Shown here: positions 13,278-27,214 of the stretch, in pieces | Layout of the letters: the number at the start of each line of letters is the position of its first letter | How positions within the stretch are numbered: position 1 is the first letter of the stretch | Assembly (NCBI GenBank): GCA_009602735.1 | Contig: WELA01003463.1 | Location: 34,720 to 90,251, forward strand | DNA: 55,532 nucleotides | From: Mesotaenium endlicherianum | Lineage: Eukaryota | Direction: 5' to 3' | Program-made: the position numbers and the translations under genes | The notes under the pieces: generated by a model | The model's input: only the letters and a program-made list of their open reading frames with translations | Database searches by the model: none | Told to the model about the DNA's origin: nothing

Positions 13278-13497
13278 TGTCGTGCCTAACAGCGTCTGAC
13301 CCCTAGCACGTGCGTAGCTTCTCAGCACGTGTGCTTTCAACCTGGTCGACGTGTCGGTGCGTTGCTGCACGAGGAAAATCAACCGAGTTAATGGTCCCCT
13401 GCACGTGTGTCGGTGACGGCAACCAGTTCCTCATTCTACCTTACCAACACTTAGTGGAAATTTCAGAAAACTAATCTCATCCTCCGCTTCCCTTACA
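13278..13497 (-). repeat. Element A repeat X, internal copy directly after the PPT
   Basis: Matches 11836-12056; separated from Y by AGC (13275-13277). Confidence 0.92.
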
Positions 13498-13509
13498 CCC
13501 CTCCCTTTC
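13498..13509 (-). promoter_or_regulatory. Polypurine tract of element A
   Basis: GAAAGGGAGGGG on the - strand, directly followed by TGTAAG; identical in element B. Confidence 0.85.
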
Positions 13510-13543
13510 AGCTGAGGCGTCCCTGCCTTTCCGCTGAAAGCTT

Positions 13544-16500
13544 CTATTTCGTGGCCTTGTGGCTGGGGTTTTTAGGAAGGCAGTCAGGACATTCCCATTG
13601 TCCTGCCATAATCTCCTCTTCACCAATGCAGAAGGTGTGCCAACGGGCACTACACTTATCACAAGTTACTATTGCTTCTTGATCATCCCGCACTTTGCAG
13701 CTGGCACAAGGTGTGGCTGGCACCAATTCCTCGGGCACAGTCTTAACCGTAGGATCGACATTAGGCAAGTGGCACAGCGAGCAGTTCTGCACGTGATCTC
13801 TCGTGGTCTTACCATCAGAACCTTCCAGTTCCAACACACCATTGTCGAATGCATGTTTCACGCGTAAGATCACTGCACCTGAACTGGTGTCAATGGTGGT
13901 CTTGGTCTGGCGCTTGCGGTAGACGAAGTCTCCTTCTTGGATCTGCGTCATTTGCAGGCGGTAGCTCCCGTCTCGCGTCCTGGCGTAACGCTGTGTGTCT
14001 CTTTTCTGTGCAATTTTCAGATTGTCCAAGGCAGCAGGCATCATGTTCTCAAATAACACCTTGCGGCGTACCATGACCTTTAGCAGTTCATCAGGGTTGC
14101 CCAGGTCTTTCACCTGCTCAATCTCCTGCTTGATGCTGCTGAGCATAACTGGACTTCTGCCAAACAGAATTTGATAAGGCGAGTAATTTGCCAAAGCAGC
14201 TTGCTTGCTAAATCTGTAACCCATAATCAGCCATGGCAGGGCCAAATCCCAATCACGCTTGTCATGCTCAAGGCAAAATTTGCGCAAAGCAAACTTTATG
14301 GTTTGCACCATCCTTTCTGCTAGGCCATCCGCCTGTGGGTGATCTCTTGACGTAGTGCGATGGTCAATGAAGCATCTGTCCAAGAGTTTCTGAAAGATCC
14401 TTGGAACTCAGACTCTTGGTCTGTCAGCACTTCTGCTGGAGCTCCATGACGTACAATCACACCGTTGAGAAGCACTCCCGCGGTCCCCAAGCTTTCCTTA
14501 GCAGTTAAAGGTACAACCTCTATCCACTTAGAGAAATGCTCAATCATGACCATAATGTACTTGTTACCTCGTTTGCACAGCGGTAGCTCTCTTGCGAGAT
14601 CGCAGCTCCATCGATAGCCTAGGCCCATGATTGGCAGAGGTTGCAGGTGTGGGTGTTGCTGCGTGAAACCAGCCTTAACGCGATCACAGCTTTTGCAGGC
14701 CTTGATCACATCCTCACACTGTTGCTTCATGCCCCTCCACCAGTAAGACAGCTCCAAAAGACTATATGTCCTCTTGACACCATAAAGTCCAGTGTTCTCG
14801 TGCATTTCCTGCACCAGAGCTCGCCTTTTGGTGGGTTCTGGCACCAACTTCTCCTGACCAGTTTCTTCAATCTTGAAGAGGTTATTGCGTTTCTAGCAAA
14901 ACCGTTTAGCTCGATGGCTCACCTGGTCTTTTTCTTTCACCGATAATCCTTCCATGTGGACTCTTGTCTTTGGCCAATGCATAGTGGTTTGATCTTTCTA
15001 GATCTCTGGACTGAACAGGGGTAGAGGCTCAGCTTCTCCTGACGCTACCATTCTAGCCATTTCGGCCAGACAGGCTGCCAATTCTGCTGGGCTGCTCGGA
15101 TCTTCAGCTTCTTGAGCTCCCGTACTGTTGTCTGCGGATGGGTCGGGATTCCTGCTGAGTCCATTGGCGTCTTGTTGAGTATACCTGCTCGATTTATCAC
15201 TGTCATCTGGTACTCCTAGAGCTTAAGAGCCCAGCGAGCCAATGTACCAGTGAGGTCTCCATTCTTCATTAGCTAGAGTAATGGCGAGTGATCTGTGATC
15301 AGCGTGGAGGGTCTTCCCCATAGATACTCTCTGAAATGTGCGACAGTCCAAACCACTGCCAGCAGCTCTCCTTTGTAGGACGAGTAGTTGCTCTCCGCGC
15401 GGTTGTTAGAGCGTGAGGCATAGGCAATGACGTACTCCTCTCTAGGACTTGCGGCCTGAGCGAGTACTGCGCCGATTCCCACACGACTCCAGTCGGTGTG
15501 TAGACTGAACGGCTTGGAGTAGTCGGGCATTCGCAAAATTGGGGCCGTTACCAGCCGCTCCTTGAGCTCGTTCATGGCCTTCTCCTGGGCTTCCGCCCAC
15601 ACGAAAGGTACGTCCTTTTTCAGGAGTTTTGTCAGGGGTTTAGCAATTTTGCTACAGTCCTTCACAAATTTACAATAGTATCCGCTTAGTCCTAATAGGG
15701 CTTTCAGCTTAGACACATTCGCCGGTGCAGGTGTCTTGTAAATGGCTTCAGTGTTTACAACCTGAGGGGACATAGCATTGTTCCCAATCTCATGTCCTAA
15801 GTAAGGCACATGTGCCTCAAAGAATCTGCACTTTCCAAGGTGCAGCGTCATCTGGAATTTCTCCAAGCGTTGGAACACTTGTTCCAAGTGCTCGAGGTGC
15901 TCTTCTATGGACTTGCTGAACACCACCACGTCATCAATGTATGGTGTTGCAAAATCCAGCCCCTCCAGCACTTTGTCCATAGTCCTCTGAAAGATGGCTG
16001 GGGCATTCTTCAGCCCAAGCGGCATTCCCGTCCATTGCCAAAGTTCCCTTTGGGCCCAGAAAGCGGTCTTACCTCGATCGTCTGTTTTCACAAGGATCTG
16101 GTTGAAGCCTTGGCGTAGATCGATGATACTGAACACTTTCCCGGTGATAGCAATTGCAAAGATCCGCTCTGGTGTAGGCATCACATAGCTATCTGGCTCC
16201 GTGTGAAGATTCAGTCGTTTGTAGTCTCCACACATACGAGTGGCTGTATAATTGCCAGCCTCATCCTTCTTGGCAACTACTACTGTGGGAGCTCCATGTA
16301 CTGAGGTTGATTTCTCAATCATGCCAAGCTTGTGCAGCTCCTAGCAAGTTTTCTCCACACAGTCCCATTCGGTCTGACTGAGCTTATGGGGCCCAAGTCT
16401 GACTGGTTTATCAGTAGTTAGTGTGATCTCACACACACTGGCAGTGGTTCTACCAATCTCCTCTTTGGTAAAAGCAAACACCCTGCGGTGCTTCTTCAGC

Positions 16501-19500
16501 AGCCTTTCTACTTGTGCTCTCTGTTAGGCTTAGACCATTTTTCAATGGTGAAAACCTCAGTTTCCAGCTGCTTTTCCCCAACACAGACATCCAGTAGTTG
16601 CTACTCTTTGGATTCAGGTGGGGGCTTTTTGCCCTCATCCTGACCTTCAAGCTTCTCTGCTTGATTGTTAGGAGGTGGAGTGGCAGGCTTCGTAGCTTGC
16701 TCCTCCGCTGCTTTAGGCTTGGCTGCCTGCTTCCTAGGCTTCTTACCTATTCCGATGGATCGTCGACACTCGTGTTGAGTGGGGTATGTCGAACGCCTTT
16801 GGATGGGCTGCCTCAAGAACCTTTCTTCCTTTGCAGCAATTCAGCTAGTCCCTGTTCCTCCCTCTTCACGTGGCGGGGGCGGGTTTGGCAACGACCACCC
16901 TGCTCGATCTGCTTTGGGGTCAATTGTCCAACCCCATTCGCGCTCAATAGTAGTAATGCGCGCAACGGATGTGTCAAATTCCTCCCTGGCTGGTGGCGTA
17001 ATCGTCCATGCTTGTGTCAAAGTCTGGTGTCTTTGAGCCGCAGCTAGTTGTGCGTATACAGCATTTTCTGCTGTCAAGCGGCTTATGGTGCTTCTCAGCT
17101 CTACCAGTTCCCTTCCAGAAACTGCAGATGCCCTAGGAGCTGAACTGTCCTTTTCCCACGTTCCAGTGGATGACGGACGCACCATGGGAATGTGAATTTC
17201 CAGTGCCATGGCTTTGCGAATCAAGCCATCCTCTCCTTCTCTCTGCAAAATCTCCAGAATAGGTTGCGGAGGTGGAGCCATGGTTCCTTTTGGAACTCCT
17301 TCTCTCTATGCTGTTCCCCTATACTTGAGATAACGCATCAGCATCCGCCTGAAAGGTGCATTCCCTTCCCGGGCCACCTTTCTTGGTCTGCTTGCGCGAC
17401 CGCGAGGATTACCTTGTGTTGGTTCCACCTTAGCGGTATAGGCAGCCACTTCCTGCGGCTGTTGTATCTGATGGGGGATAGCTTTTGGTGCTGGCAAATT
17501 GGCGGTTGGAGTGCTGGACGTAGGTGACCTCAAATCGTTGTATAGATTTGATGGGCTGGGCCCCTCCATTATCAAGTGGTCGGTCACCCAGTCATCCGTC
17601 CTGAGCTCTTGTAGCTCCAACAGATCCAGCTCTGGAGTAGGAAAACGTGGAATCTTCCTGAATCTCCTCTTCATTGGTGACTGACGGCAGGTCAAACCCT
17701 GGAAGGTCTGGCATTTCTGCGTCATCTTCAGCTGACGTCTCCACACCAGGTGGTGGCGGCTCTTCATCATTATCTGTGTTGAGGTTCGCCAAATTGACAA
17801 TGGCTGATTGCAGCGTGCTTGCTGCCTTAGCCACTTCCTTTCCCTTGTGCTGTCGAGCGTGTGCTTCCAGCATCTGCTCGATGATGTGCCTTGTAATGGA
17901 TTCAGCTGTTTGACTAGCTGAACCCTGCTGTTGCCTCTTAGCCTGCGGCTCTGGACTCACCAAAGCAGGTGTTGTAGACAATTTCTTGTCCAACTCCTCC
18001 TGGCGTTCTTCGAATATCACTTCGAGACATATGGTCTTTGCAGACCCTCCAGAATCTCCTGAATTCTGGCTACTCTCTTCAGCCCATTCACCAATACTGG
18101 CGTTCTTGCTCTATTGCTTGGTTTAGATAATGTCCAATTTCTTTAGGCGTTGGCTCAGGATTCTTCTTCTCAGACTCTTTGACATGTCTTGTAACGGCGC
18201 TTGCTCTGGTGAAGATGATAGACACTTTTGGTTAGCTTCCCAACTACTTGAGCTTTCCTGCCAGTAGTCTCCGCGCCCAGCTGCTCTTGGGCTGAGGTTG
18301 GTATCATACCCTGATCTGGCACCTTCTGGAGTCTCCTTACGTCTTGATGTCGTGGCTCCGAGGGGTGAGCTCCCAAACATCTGGCTGTGAGTGGCGTTTC
18401 TCACAGATGATGGGATGTCCTGCGTATCGTTTTCTACTCTTGGCAGCGGCGTTGCCTGCTCAGGCGCCTGGTCCCCCATGGGTGTATCTTCTCTTTCCAA
18501 AGGTGCTTTTTATTCATTGGTCCGGTTATCAATCCAGTCCAACAGATCCTGGCATCTCCTAAATTCAGCCACCCTAGCTTGCCTGAGTGCTCTGTCTCTG
18601 GCAGCTTCCGCTGCGTCTCTTTGCACACCGTATTCTTCTTGTTGCTGGTGTGCCGTCCTGATAGCTCTTTGATCACATGTTAGCACCACATTGACTCCAA
18701 TTGTCACTGGTCTTGTCCTCGGCATGGGCTTGTCAGTGAAAGTCAGCTGCTGCCACGTCATGATTGTTTCCACCAACCAAGTCGTAGAGTGCTGCCCAAT
18801 CATGTTGCCAAAAATCTTTGCAGCTTCATCTGACCCTACAGCACCAGCTATATGCCGAGCTATGTTGTCGGGTATTCTAAGGCATTTGCCCTTCTCTACC
18901 GCAGTAGGCTCTCTCCAAACGGCGTTTCTTTCATGCATGTCTTTGACCATTCCTGGTCCACCTTCTACGAAGGCTCGGGATCTTGGATATGCTGTGAAGG
19001 TTGGCAGTACCACCCTTGGCTGACCTGGTTCGTTGTGACACACTATGGATAGGAATCCCTCCTGGCCACTGGTCTAGTATGCACCGCCAGCGCCTCTTCC
19101 ATTATCAATGCCGTTGGTGATCGCCGTGTAATGTCCTCCATCTCCCTCAGGACCTCAATAGACATGCCGTTGGTCCAAAATATCCTGGCCCTATGGGATA
19201 ATCCTCCGTGCTTGGCGTCGTTGATTAGCACATGATGGCCCAAAGTGGAGTCAAAAATCAGCCATGGTTCTCCCGGCTTCATCTGCTTGTAATCCATTCC
19301 TGGATGCACATTCTCAATCACAAACACTGGTGGGTAGTAGTGCTGTCGTTCCCGCAGCATGCTGATGATTTTCACCATCCATCCCCAGTGTTGTGCTCGT
19401 GGATCACTGAATCTCCTCCGGTTTCCAGCATGAGGAAACGGTTGACAAGGAAATCCAGCAAAGATTCCGTCAATCCTGTAGCCATACAGGTGTTCAGGCT

Positions 19501-22500
19501 TCACATCAATAATGTTGCCTCCGACGATGCGCTCGACATTGCTATATGCGGGCGCCAATCCTTTATAATGATGCATATGCCGCATCTGACTCATGACTTA
19601 TTTAAATGCTAGAAAAGCGTGGTCGTCATTGTTCACATATAGGACTTTGGCCACCTGTATTCCTCGCTGGATAAATGCTATGGTCCCAGATCCAAGTCCG
19701 GCGAATAATTCCAACACCATTACTCCCCTTTTGCGAAAAGGATCTTCCATCCTGACAATGCCTTGCGGCAGCGGCTCAACTCCAGGCATCAGATTTGCAA
19801 TGGAGGTAATTGGGTAAGGTACTGGCAGCAACTCTTGCGGGCCGCGGTCCCTATTACTCACAGTTTCCAACTGCTTCATGATCTGGGGTTGCCATACCAA
19901 GGGTGTTGGCATGTTGATGTTTGTATAGCCTTCCTCTTCTTGCTTCATGATGTTGTCGGCGGCTTCTAGGTACCTGTTGTTAACGCAGCAATCTAGCAAT
20001 CCGTAGTTTGATTCTCCTGTGCAAACCATCTTCACAGAAATTTCTCCTGCCGGCTGCCAATCTGTTGACTGGTAAGTCACCCTTTGCTTTCGCAGATCAA
20101 TGACCATACCCAAGGGAATCAATGCTTCTGTTCTCAAGAGAACATCATAGTTCTCTGCCTCCGTTACTGTGCACTCCATAAGTGTGATGCCTCTTCAGGT
20201 TTCCCTGGATTTACTGTGAATTTCACAGGCTTGCGAATAATCCCACAAGACTTTGAAACTTGTCCTGAGGCAGTTCTCAACTGGAAAAGACTCTCTTTCA
20301 AGTCCCTTTCCGTCAATCCTAGAGCTTTCACAGCTCGCTTTCCCCAAATGACCGGCTGTGCGCCTGTATCCAACATGATGTTGGGAGCTGCCCAGTTGTT
20401 GAAGATTAATGCACCATCCCTATTTTGCACTCTCACGATGCTAAAATTGGTGGGCAATGAGGCGCTATTTGCACCTTCCTCAGCCATATCAAGCTGATGT
20501 CCGACTTCTTCAACCGTGAATGGGTAAGTGATATGCAAATCAGCGAGAGAAAGCAAAGAAGCATGCTGGATCCGGTGTTCCACCAGGGCCTTCAGCTTCT
20601 CCAGCGAAAAACTAAATGTCTTGCGCGACACGAACCTGGTTTGTCATAGCTGCGAGATCTCGTTTTCATCCAGAGTGATCCGGAAAGTCCGAGGAAGCTT
20701 CCCAGCATTCCTTGGCACCAGACAATTGTGATCTGCTTGCTCGGCAGCCGTTGCATCCACAGCCTTTTCAGACAGCCTCTTCTCGCCCTTGCAGACGGTC
20801 TTTTCTGCAATGTCTGCATCATAATAGACATTGGGCGCATTTAGTTTTGCAAACTGCGCTTTCAACTCAGCGATTTCTGCACTCGTAGCTTCGAACTTCT
20901 AGTTACCCTTGCGGTTACCAGAGCCACCTTTTTCTTTCTTTTTTTCCTTGTTTGCCTCTTCATGGCAGCATTTGCCCATGGCGGTTTTAAATTTGGGTTC
21001 TTAGACCAGCACTCATCTTCTGAATGTCCCTTCTTGCTGCAATGTGCACATATCTGTGCCTTGCTAGCAGATAATTGCTTAGCATCTGGGTACGAACAAT
21101 CCCTCTTCTGATGTCCTGATTTTCCGCAATTCCAACAGCTCTCTGCTGTTTCAGCAGTGTTGGCATGCTTAGCAAACTTATTGAAAGACCCGCTCTTTTT
21201 CTTAAACTAAAAATTAGAGCTGTTGACCTTAGGCGAAGGATATTCCTCCCTCCTCTCAGGAGCCATAAGCGTCCTGGAAGCCTCTTTGTACCACACTTTA
21301 CCTTCTTCGACATTGCGTGCTATTTCAGCCGCCTCGTCGATGTCCCAGTCAATCCCGTGCTTTGCGGACAGATGTGGTCTGACTTCACGATCTGTTTCCT
21401 TGCCCAAGCACAACAAAAACTTGTCAGCCACTATTCTGGGCTCGTATATTGTTGCCTTTTTGGCGAGGTCTACCAATCTGGATTTAGCCTCAAGACTGTC
21501 TCGTTCTTCTGACGAACAAAATGCACATAATGGTGCATCTTAAGACTGCAATCCTCTGGGAATCGTGCTTCAAGCAACTTAAAGAAGCGGCGCAGACAAT
21601 GCTTGGGGTCTAGCTGGTCATTCCCAACCTCCATATCCTTTCAACAACTAGCCAAGGCTTGCACATGGCTTGCCTCTGTCGTGGCGCTATCGCCTTGCTG
21701 ACCATGGAGAGGTGCAGCTCTGCGTGTTACTCGTTCCTGAGCATTAGCAATCTTTTCGGACAGTTCTGCACACAATTTTCGCAACTCTACGACAGAGCCG
21801 GCATCATCGCTCTGAGTAGCAGCCCTTTGCTGACCCTCAGTGAGTTGCCTCATAGCCTCAGTTAATTCTTGTGTTAGTGCAGCTAAGTCTATGCTCTCAA
21901 CAGTTGTCGCTGTTCTTCCTAAAGATAGAGCAGACATTCGGGCTTTCGCACCCTTTTTCTGGATTTTCAAATCTCTTGCCCTTTTCTGTTCTGCAAAGGT
22001 CCATTCCTGGGTGAGATCCTCATCCTTCCGGAATTGGCGATATAGCAGCAGGACATCCTTGTCCAAGTACTGAACCAAGCCTATAAATGCGACAGATTGC
22101 GTATTAGAAGAATCCTTCCGAATCTTCTCAAAGAATTCTGCACAATAGATCTCATCAAACTCTTTGAAAGTGAGACCGTTTGCGCTGGTTCGTTCGCTAA
22201 AGCACTTTGCAGACAGCTTGAACTTAGGATTTTCATCCCGATCATCACCGACCATTTCGAACGGTGACCAGGACTCACTGACTCTTCCCCACACGTCTTG
22301 CTCTCTGCCCAAATCAGGTGCAAAGGCTCGTGTGTTATCCGGGTTCTCACCGCTTGCGGAGATATGGCGAGACTCGTCTCTCGACGGTTGCTCACTCCAC
22401 CGGTTGTCAGTATGCTCAGACGTCTCACTTCCTCGTGGACTCTGGCTAGAATCAGAATCTTCTACAGGCTCCGTAGAGTGGAAGAGTCTTCCACTCCTCA

Positions 22501-22507
22501 ACCGCAT
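13544..22507 (-). pseudogene. Element A Gag-Pol-DNMT polyprotein, broken by many stops and frameshifts
   Basis: Starts MRLRSGR (22507). Protease MLDTGA (~20370). DNMT 18750-19730. RT IDLRQGFNQI / YIDD and RNase H TDWS..E..TDH (15273-16322). Integrase WSCDL / LTDQ / DGLAER (13544-14847). C-terminal PHD. Confidence 0.9.
18750..19730 (-). pseudogene. C5 cytosine DNA methyltransferase domain of element A (frameshifted near 19598 and 19043)
   Basis: Motif I VLELFAGLGSG, IV IFAGFPCQPF, VI FVIENV, VIII HRARIFW, X IFGNMI. Confidence 0.88.
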
Positions 22508-22613
22508 ATACAGTTGAATTCTCCGGGTCCCCTTCCAGGTTGAACACCGGCAGCCTTCACAGGCCTCAATCCTCAACTGACTTGGGAATTCTTGTTCACA
22601 TGAACCAATCAAC

Positions 22614-22627
22614 AAGTTCTCAGAAGT
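22614..22627 (-). promoter_or_regulatory. Putative self-priming primer-binding site of element A
   Basis: ACTTCTGAGAACTT (- strand) abuts the 5' Y repeat and is complementary to a 14-mer within Y (12387-12400 exact; 29258-29271 one mismatch). Confidence 0.7.
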
Positions 22628-22772
22628 AGGACAGAAGTGTCTTACTTCCACACAGGCTTTTGCCCAAGTTGAGGGTTTACAGAATGAACAAGTTTTGTGG
22701 TTTGCAAAACTCACATCTAAGCAGCATAACAGGCAATGCCAATTTCAGAGAAAATCGCCCTTCAAGGCTTTC

Positions 22773-23267
22773 TGTAGTGAAATAGATAGATAAAGTACTT
22801 AGTAAAATAGAATTCTTTATCTATTCAAGACAAGGATCTTTGAACACAAGTGGTAGCTTCTTGAAAGAGAGATGGCTTCTTGATAGTTACTATATTTCTG
22901 GAATGTGGCAAGTACAAGAGTGATTCTGGAAAGTCTTTCTATGTTCTAGCTCTTGTTTATATACTTGTTACATAAGTGATTTTTAGGAAGGTGTATGTTG
23001 ATGTGTTGGCACCCAACACATCCCAAAACTTGCCACCTCTTTCTAGAATAATGTACACATGTCCTTTTGACCTAAAAATGGCACATTTGATTTTTGCCAC
23101 ATGGAGTTCTTCTAGGTCTTTCCTCTAACTTCGAAAATGCCTTGGAAGGTTCAAAGGACATGAATCAAGTCACTAGAGTACCTATTCACACTTGAATCCA
23201 CACCATTCTACTCCAAATATATTTGTGAACATTAAAATATATGCAAACTAAAACTCAAATCACTACA
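22773..23267 (-). repeat. 3' LTR of chromovirus C (495 bp); PPT GGGGGGATAA at 23268-23277 on the - strand
   Basis: Near-identical to 28531-29067; TG...CA termini with a 7-bp inverted repeat. Confidence 0.95.
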
Positions 23268-24032
23268 TTATCCCCCCGACAGAAAAAGCGACGTCTCGGC
23301 GCGTCAAGTAAGATCTTACACATGTGGAGCAGACTAGTCAACAGCTTCAAGTCAGATGCCACACATGTGAAGAGGATTAGTCCAAGGCGCCAAGTCAGGT
23401 GCTACACATGTAAGGTGGACTAGGCAAGGTCGTGGGTGGTGTGACCTTATTGGCTAGCCTACTCCTTGATAAAGAAAATTGTATAAGTTGGCCAGAATCT
23501 GCCACAAATTCAAACATTCATAGCGTCCACAAAATTGCTTCAAATCTAAAAATTTGAGTGCCAGACGGACCGCGTCAAAGAATTTTACCGGGTCACCAAA
23601 TTTGAGAGCATTCAAATTCCTGGAGTGTCGTTGAGAGCTGAGAGAGTAGGCACTCCTCCAAGTCTGTGCAGAAACTTCTGAATATCATAAGTCCTTCTAT
23701 ACTTCTCCAAATGCTGCAAACTAAGTCTCAAACTGGGTGCTGTAAGATGTTTTACCAGAGTCTTGAGTTTCAGAGCATTCCAATTTCAAGGGAGGGCAGA
23801 ATGTCAGAAGGCATATTCTGCCCTAACAATGCCAGCAGCCTGACCCCCTTCTACTTAGAGCATCATATCTCTCTCACCAGTGCTTCAAATTCAACAAACT
23901 TGGACTCTAAACGACCGGCTACTCATGGACTACAGCCAAGTAAAATTTCAGGATTTATTATGCAAAGACCTATCACCAGTAGCAGTTTTAGTTTTCCATT
24001 CAGAAACTGCAAAAAGAGAAGAGTGTCTAATG

Positions 24033-27000
24033 TCAATTTTTCCTCTTTCTTGTTCTTGCAGGCTGCCTCCAAGGGGTCTTCTGCTGCTTCTTGATGGTGG
24101 CAGGCTGCCTCCCTGAAGTTATCGGGCTCCTAGTAGAGAGACTTGGGGCTGGTCCAAGATGGGGGTTGGCGGCATGGAAGCGCTTCAACTTTCTCTGAAC
24201 TTTGTCAAGGTAGTGCGCCGCCACCCAACTATTCTCCGAATCTGGATATCCTTTCCACTTGATCAAGTATTGCTGCTGTCCCCTGAAATTTCTCATAGCC
24301 ACTATGTCTTCCACTTTGTACTCCAAATAATCATCCACTATTGTTGGGGCTGGTGGGGTTGTCACACGTCCTGGGAACTTGTTGTCGGGTTGCACATATG
24401 GCTTGAAGAGGGAAGCGTGGAATACGGGGTCGATGTGCATAGTCTTAGCTTGAAAGTTTTAGCTTGAAAGCAACGGGGTTGACTTGCTGGATAATCTTGA
24501 AGGGTCCCAAATACTTAGGAGAGAACTTGCTGTCGGCAGGCATGTTGTTCAGGGAAATATTCTTAGATGATAGTAACACGTTGTCACCCACTCTGTACGT
24601 AATTTCTCTTCTGGATCTGTTCGCCACTCTTGCTTGAGCATCTTGCGCGTGTTGTAGAGCTTTCTTCGCTGCTGTAAGGGCTGCTTCTAATGTCTCTTTA
24701 AAATTTGTGGCTGCAGGTACTTCATCATGGCCAGCCGTGAAGTTCAGCGGCGTGGTTGGATGGAAGCCATAGTTGAGGAAGAATGGGGACTCTTGGGTAG
24801 AGGCCTGCGTCGTGTTGTTGTAGGCAAACTCCTGGGGGGTCAAGTACATGTCCCAATCTTGCTCCAGAGTAGACACGTAGGCCTTTAGAGAGGTCTTTAG
24901 AGTACGATTCATACGCTCGGTTTGCCCATCTGATTGCGGGTGGTAGGCAGTGGACATATCCAGCGATGTACCCAAGTTCTTGAAGAGATTTGTCTAGAAA
25001 TGTCTTGTGAATCTTGGATCTCTATTCGACACAATTCTTGATGGTAGTCCATGGAGTCGGAAGATGTTGTCAAAGATGAGTCTTGCAAGTTGTGGTGCTG
25101 TAGCCTTAGTCGTCGTGGGAATAAAATGAACCATCTTGGTAAGTCTGTCCACCACCGTGAGTATTGCATTATGGCCTCGAGGTGTCACGGGCAGGTCCAC
25201 GATAAGGTCCATTGAGATGTCCGTCCATTGTCTTTCGGAAATTGGTCATGGTTGGAGGAGTCCTCCCGCCTTTTGCGATGATGGCTTGATTCTTTGGCAT
25301 GTGTCACAGCTCCTGCAGTACTCCTTGACTTGCTTAGACATGCCTGGCCAACAATAAGTTCGGGCTAGAACGCCCGTGGTCTTTAGGATTCCAAAGTGTC
25401 CTCCAAGAGGGTTGTCGTGTGCTTCTCGTAGAAGCAAGAGCCGGAGGTCTAAGTCATTAGGAACACATCTCTGGCCCGTNNNNNNNNNNNNNNNNNNNNN
25501 NNNNNNNNNNNNNNNNNNNNNNNNNNNNNNNNNNNNNNNNNNNNNNNNNNNNNNNNNNNNNNNNNNNNNNNNNNNNNNNNNNNNNNNNNNNNNNNNNNNN
25601 NNNNNNNNNNNNNNNNNNNNNNNNNNNNNNNNNNNNNNNNNNNNNNNNNNNNNNNNNNNNNNNNNNNNNNNNNNNNNNNNNNNNNNNNNNNNNNNNNNNN
25701 NNNNNNNNNNNNNNNNNNNNNNNNNNNNNNNNNNNNNNNNNNNNNNNNNNNNNNNNNNNNNNNNNNNNNNNNNNNNNNNNNNNNNNNNNNNNNNNNNNNN
25801 NNNNNNNNNNNNNNNNNNNNNNNNNNNNNNNNNNNNNNNNNNNNNNNNNNNNNNNNNNNNNNNNNNNNNNNNNNNNNNNNNNNNNNNNNNNNNNNNNNNN
25901 NNNNNNNNNNNNNNNNNNNNNNNNNNNNNNNNNNNNNNNNNNNNNNNNNNNNNNNNNNNNNNNNNNNTCAAGGGTCTTGCTGTAGATAAGGATGTCATCG
26001 ATGAATACCACCACAAATCTGTCCAACATGGGCTGAAATATGGTGTTCATCATAGTCATGAAAGTTGCTGGCGCGTTGGTGAGTCCAAATGGTAGGACCA
26101 TGAACTCAAAATGTCCATATCTTGTCCTGAATGCCGTCTTCTCTATGTCCGGTTCTGCGATGCGAATCTGGTGGTATCCGCTCCGTAAGTCAATCTTTGT
26201 GAAGTACTTGGTTCCAACCAGCCGGTCCATGAGCTCATCCATGCGCGGCAGCGGGTATCGATTCTTGATGGTGATCTTGTTGAGGGCGCGATAGTCCACA
26301 CACATCCTCAAGGTACCATCTTTCTTCTTGACAAATAGCACCGGGGCTCCAAATGGCGACTTGCTAGGTCGAATGAAGCCATGCTCCAGTAGCTCCTTGA
26401 TTTGCTTCTTGACTTCGTCTAGCTCCGTGTATGACATTTTGAACGTAGGCCGAGAGATGGGCTTGCTTCCGGGCTCCAACTCTATCTTGTGGTCTACGAA
26501 TCTTTTGGGGGGTAGGCCCTTGGGCAATTCCGGGGAGAACACTTCTTTGTAGTCCTCAAAGACTTCTTGTATCTCCTTGGGAACGGGGCTGCCTTCTTGA
26601 CTCTCGATGTCTTTCTTGATGTCTTTTGGCGTGATCAAGGCCAAAAGAAGCTTGTGTCCCTTCCTCACAAGTCTCTTGAGTTGGAGGGCGGACAATAGTA
26701 TCTTGTGTGCCGGCTTCTTGATGTCTTGGGTCTGGATATTCTGGATTGCGCGCAAAATACAGATTCTTGAAGTGAGTTCATTCTTGATCTTGATAGTACC
26801 GTCTTTCCAATCAACTTGGGGGTTGTGCTTGGTCAACCAAGGCGTCCCTAGGATGACGTCGTACTTGCCCAATTGCATGGGGGAGAATACTACTCTATCC
26901 TTGAAGGACTTGATAGAGAGTGCCAAGGAGTACGTCTTCTTGGAAGGGGTAGTATAGGAGAATCCATCGGGCATCATAATCTCCTCGTCGTGGTCAAGAG

Positions 27001-27090
27001 TTCGCATAGTAATACCGTGCTTGGTGGCAAAATCTGCAGCAATGAAGTTGCCTTGAGCTCCGCTATCCACCAAGATGTGGACCTTCTAAG
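24033..27090 (-). pseudogene. Chromovirus C pol (protease, RT, integrase, chromodomain), disrupted; RNase H hidden by gap 25480-25967
   Basis: [67 protein letters not shown] (catalytic Asp apparently changed to Asn), QSDGQTER, YLGPFKI; chromodomain EYKVEDIV..YLIKWKGYPDSENSWV. In-frame stops at 24994 and 25246. Confidence 0.9.
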
Positions 27091-27214
27091 TTCTCTCCTC
27101 CAAGGTTACCTCTCAAACTCATTGGGGCTGGGACGTCGTCTTCAACGGGGGTCTCCACCTCACTTGTCTTGATGCCTTCTCGTGAAGTGGGTCTTGGGGT
27201 GGTAGGCTCCAGGC

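Noticed and set aside
11836..13497. X-Y-X as an assembly artefact or as a separate small LTR element (X as LTRs) next to a truncated copy
   Set aside because: The X copies differ by several substitutions, the TSD pairs span the whole element rather than X-Y-X, and the same layout recurs in the diverged copy B.
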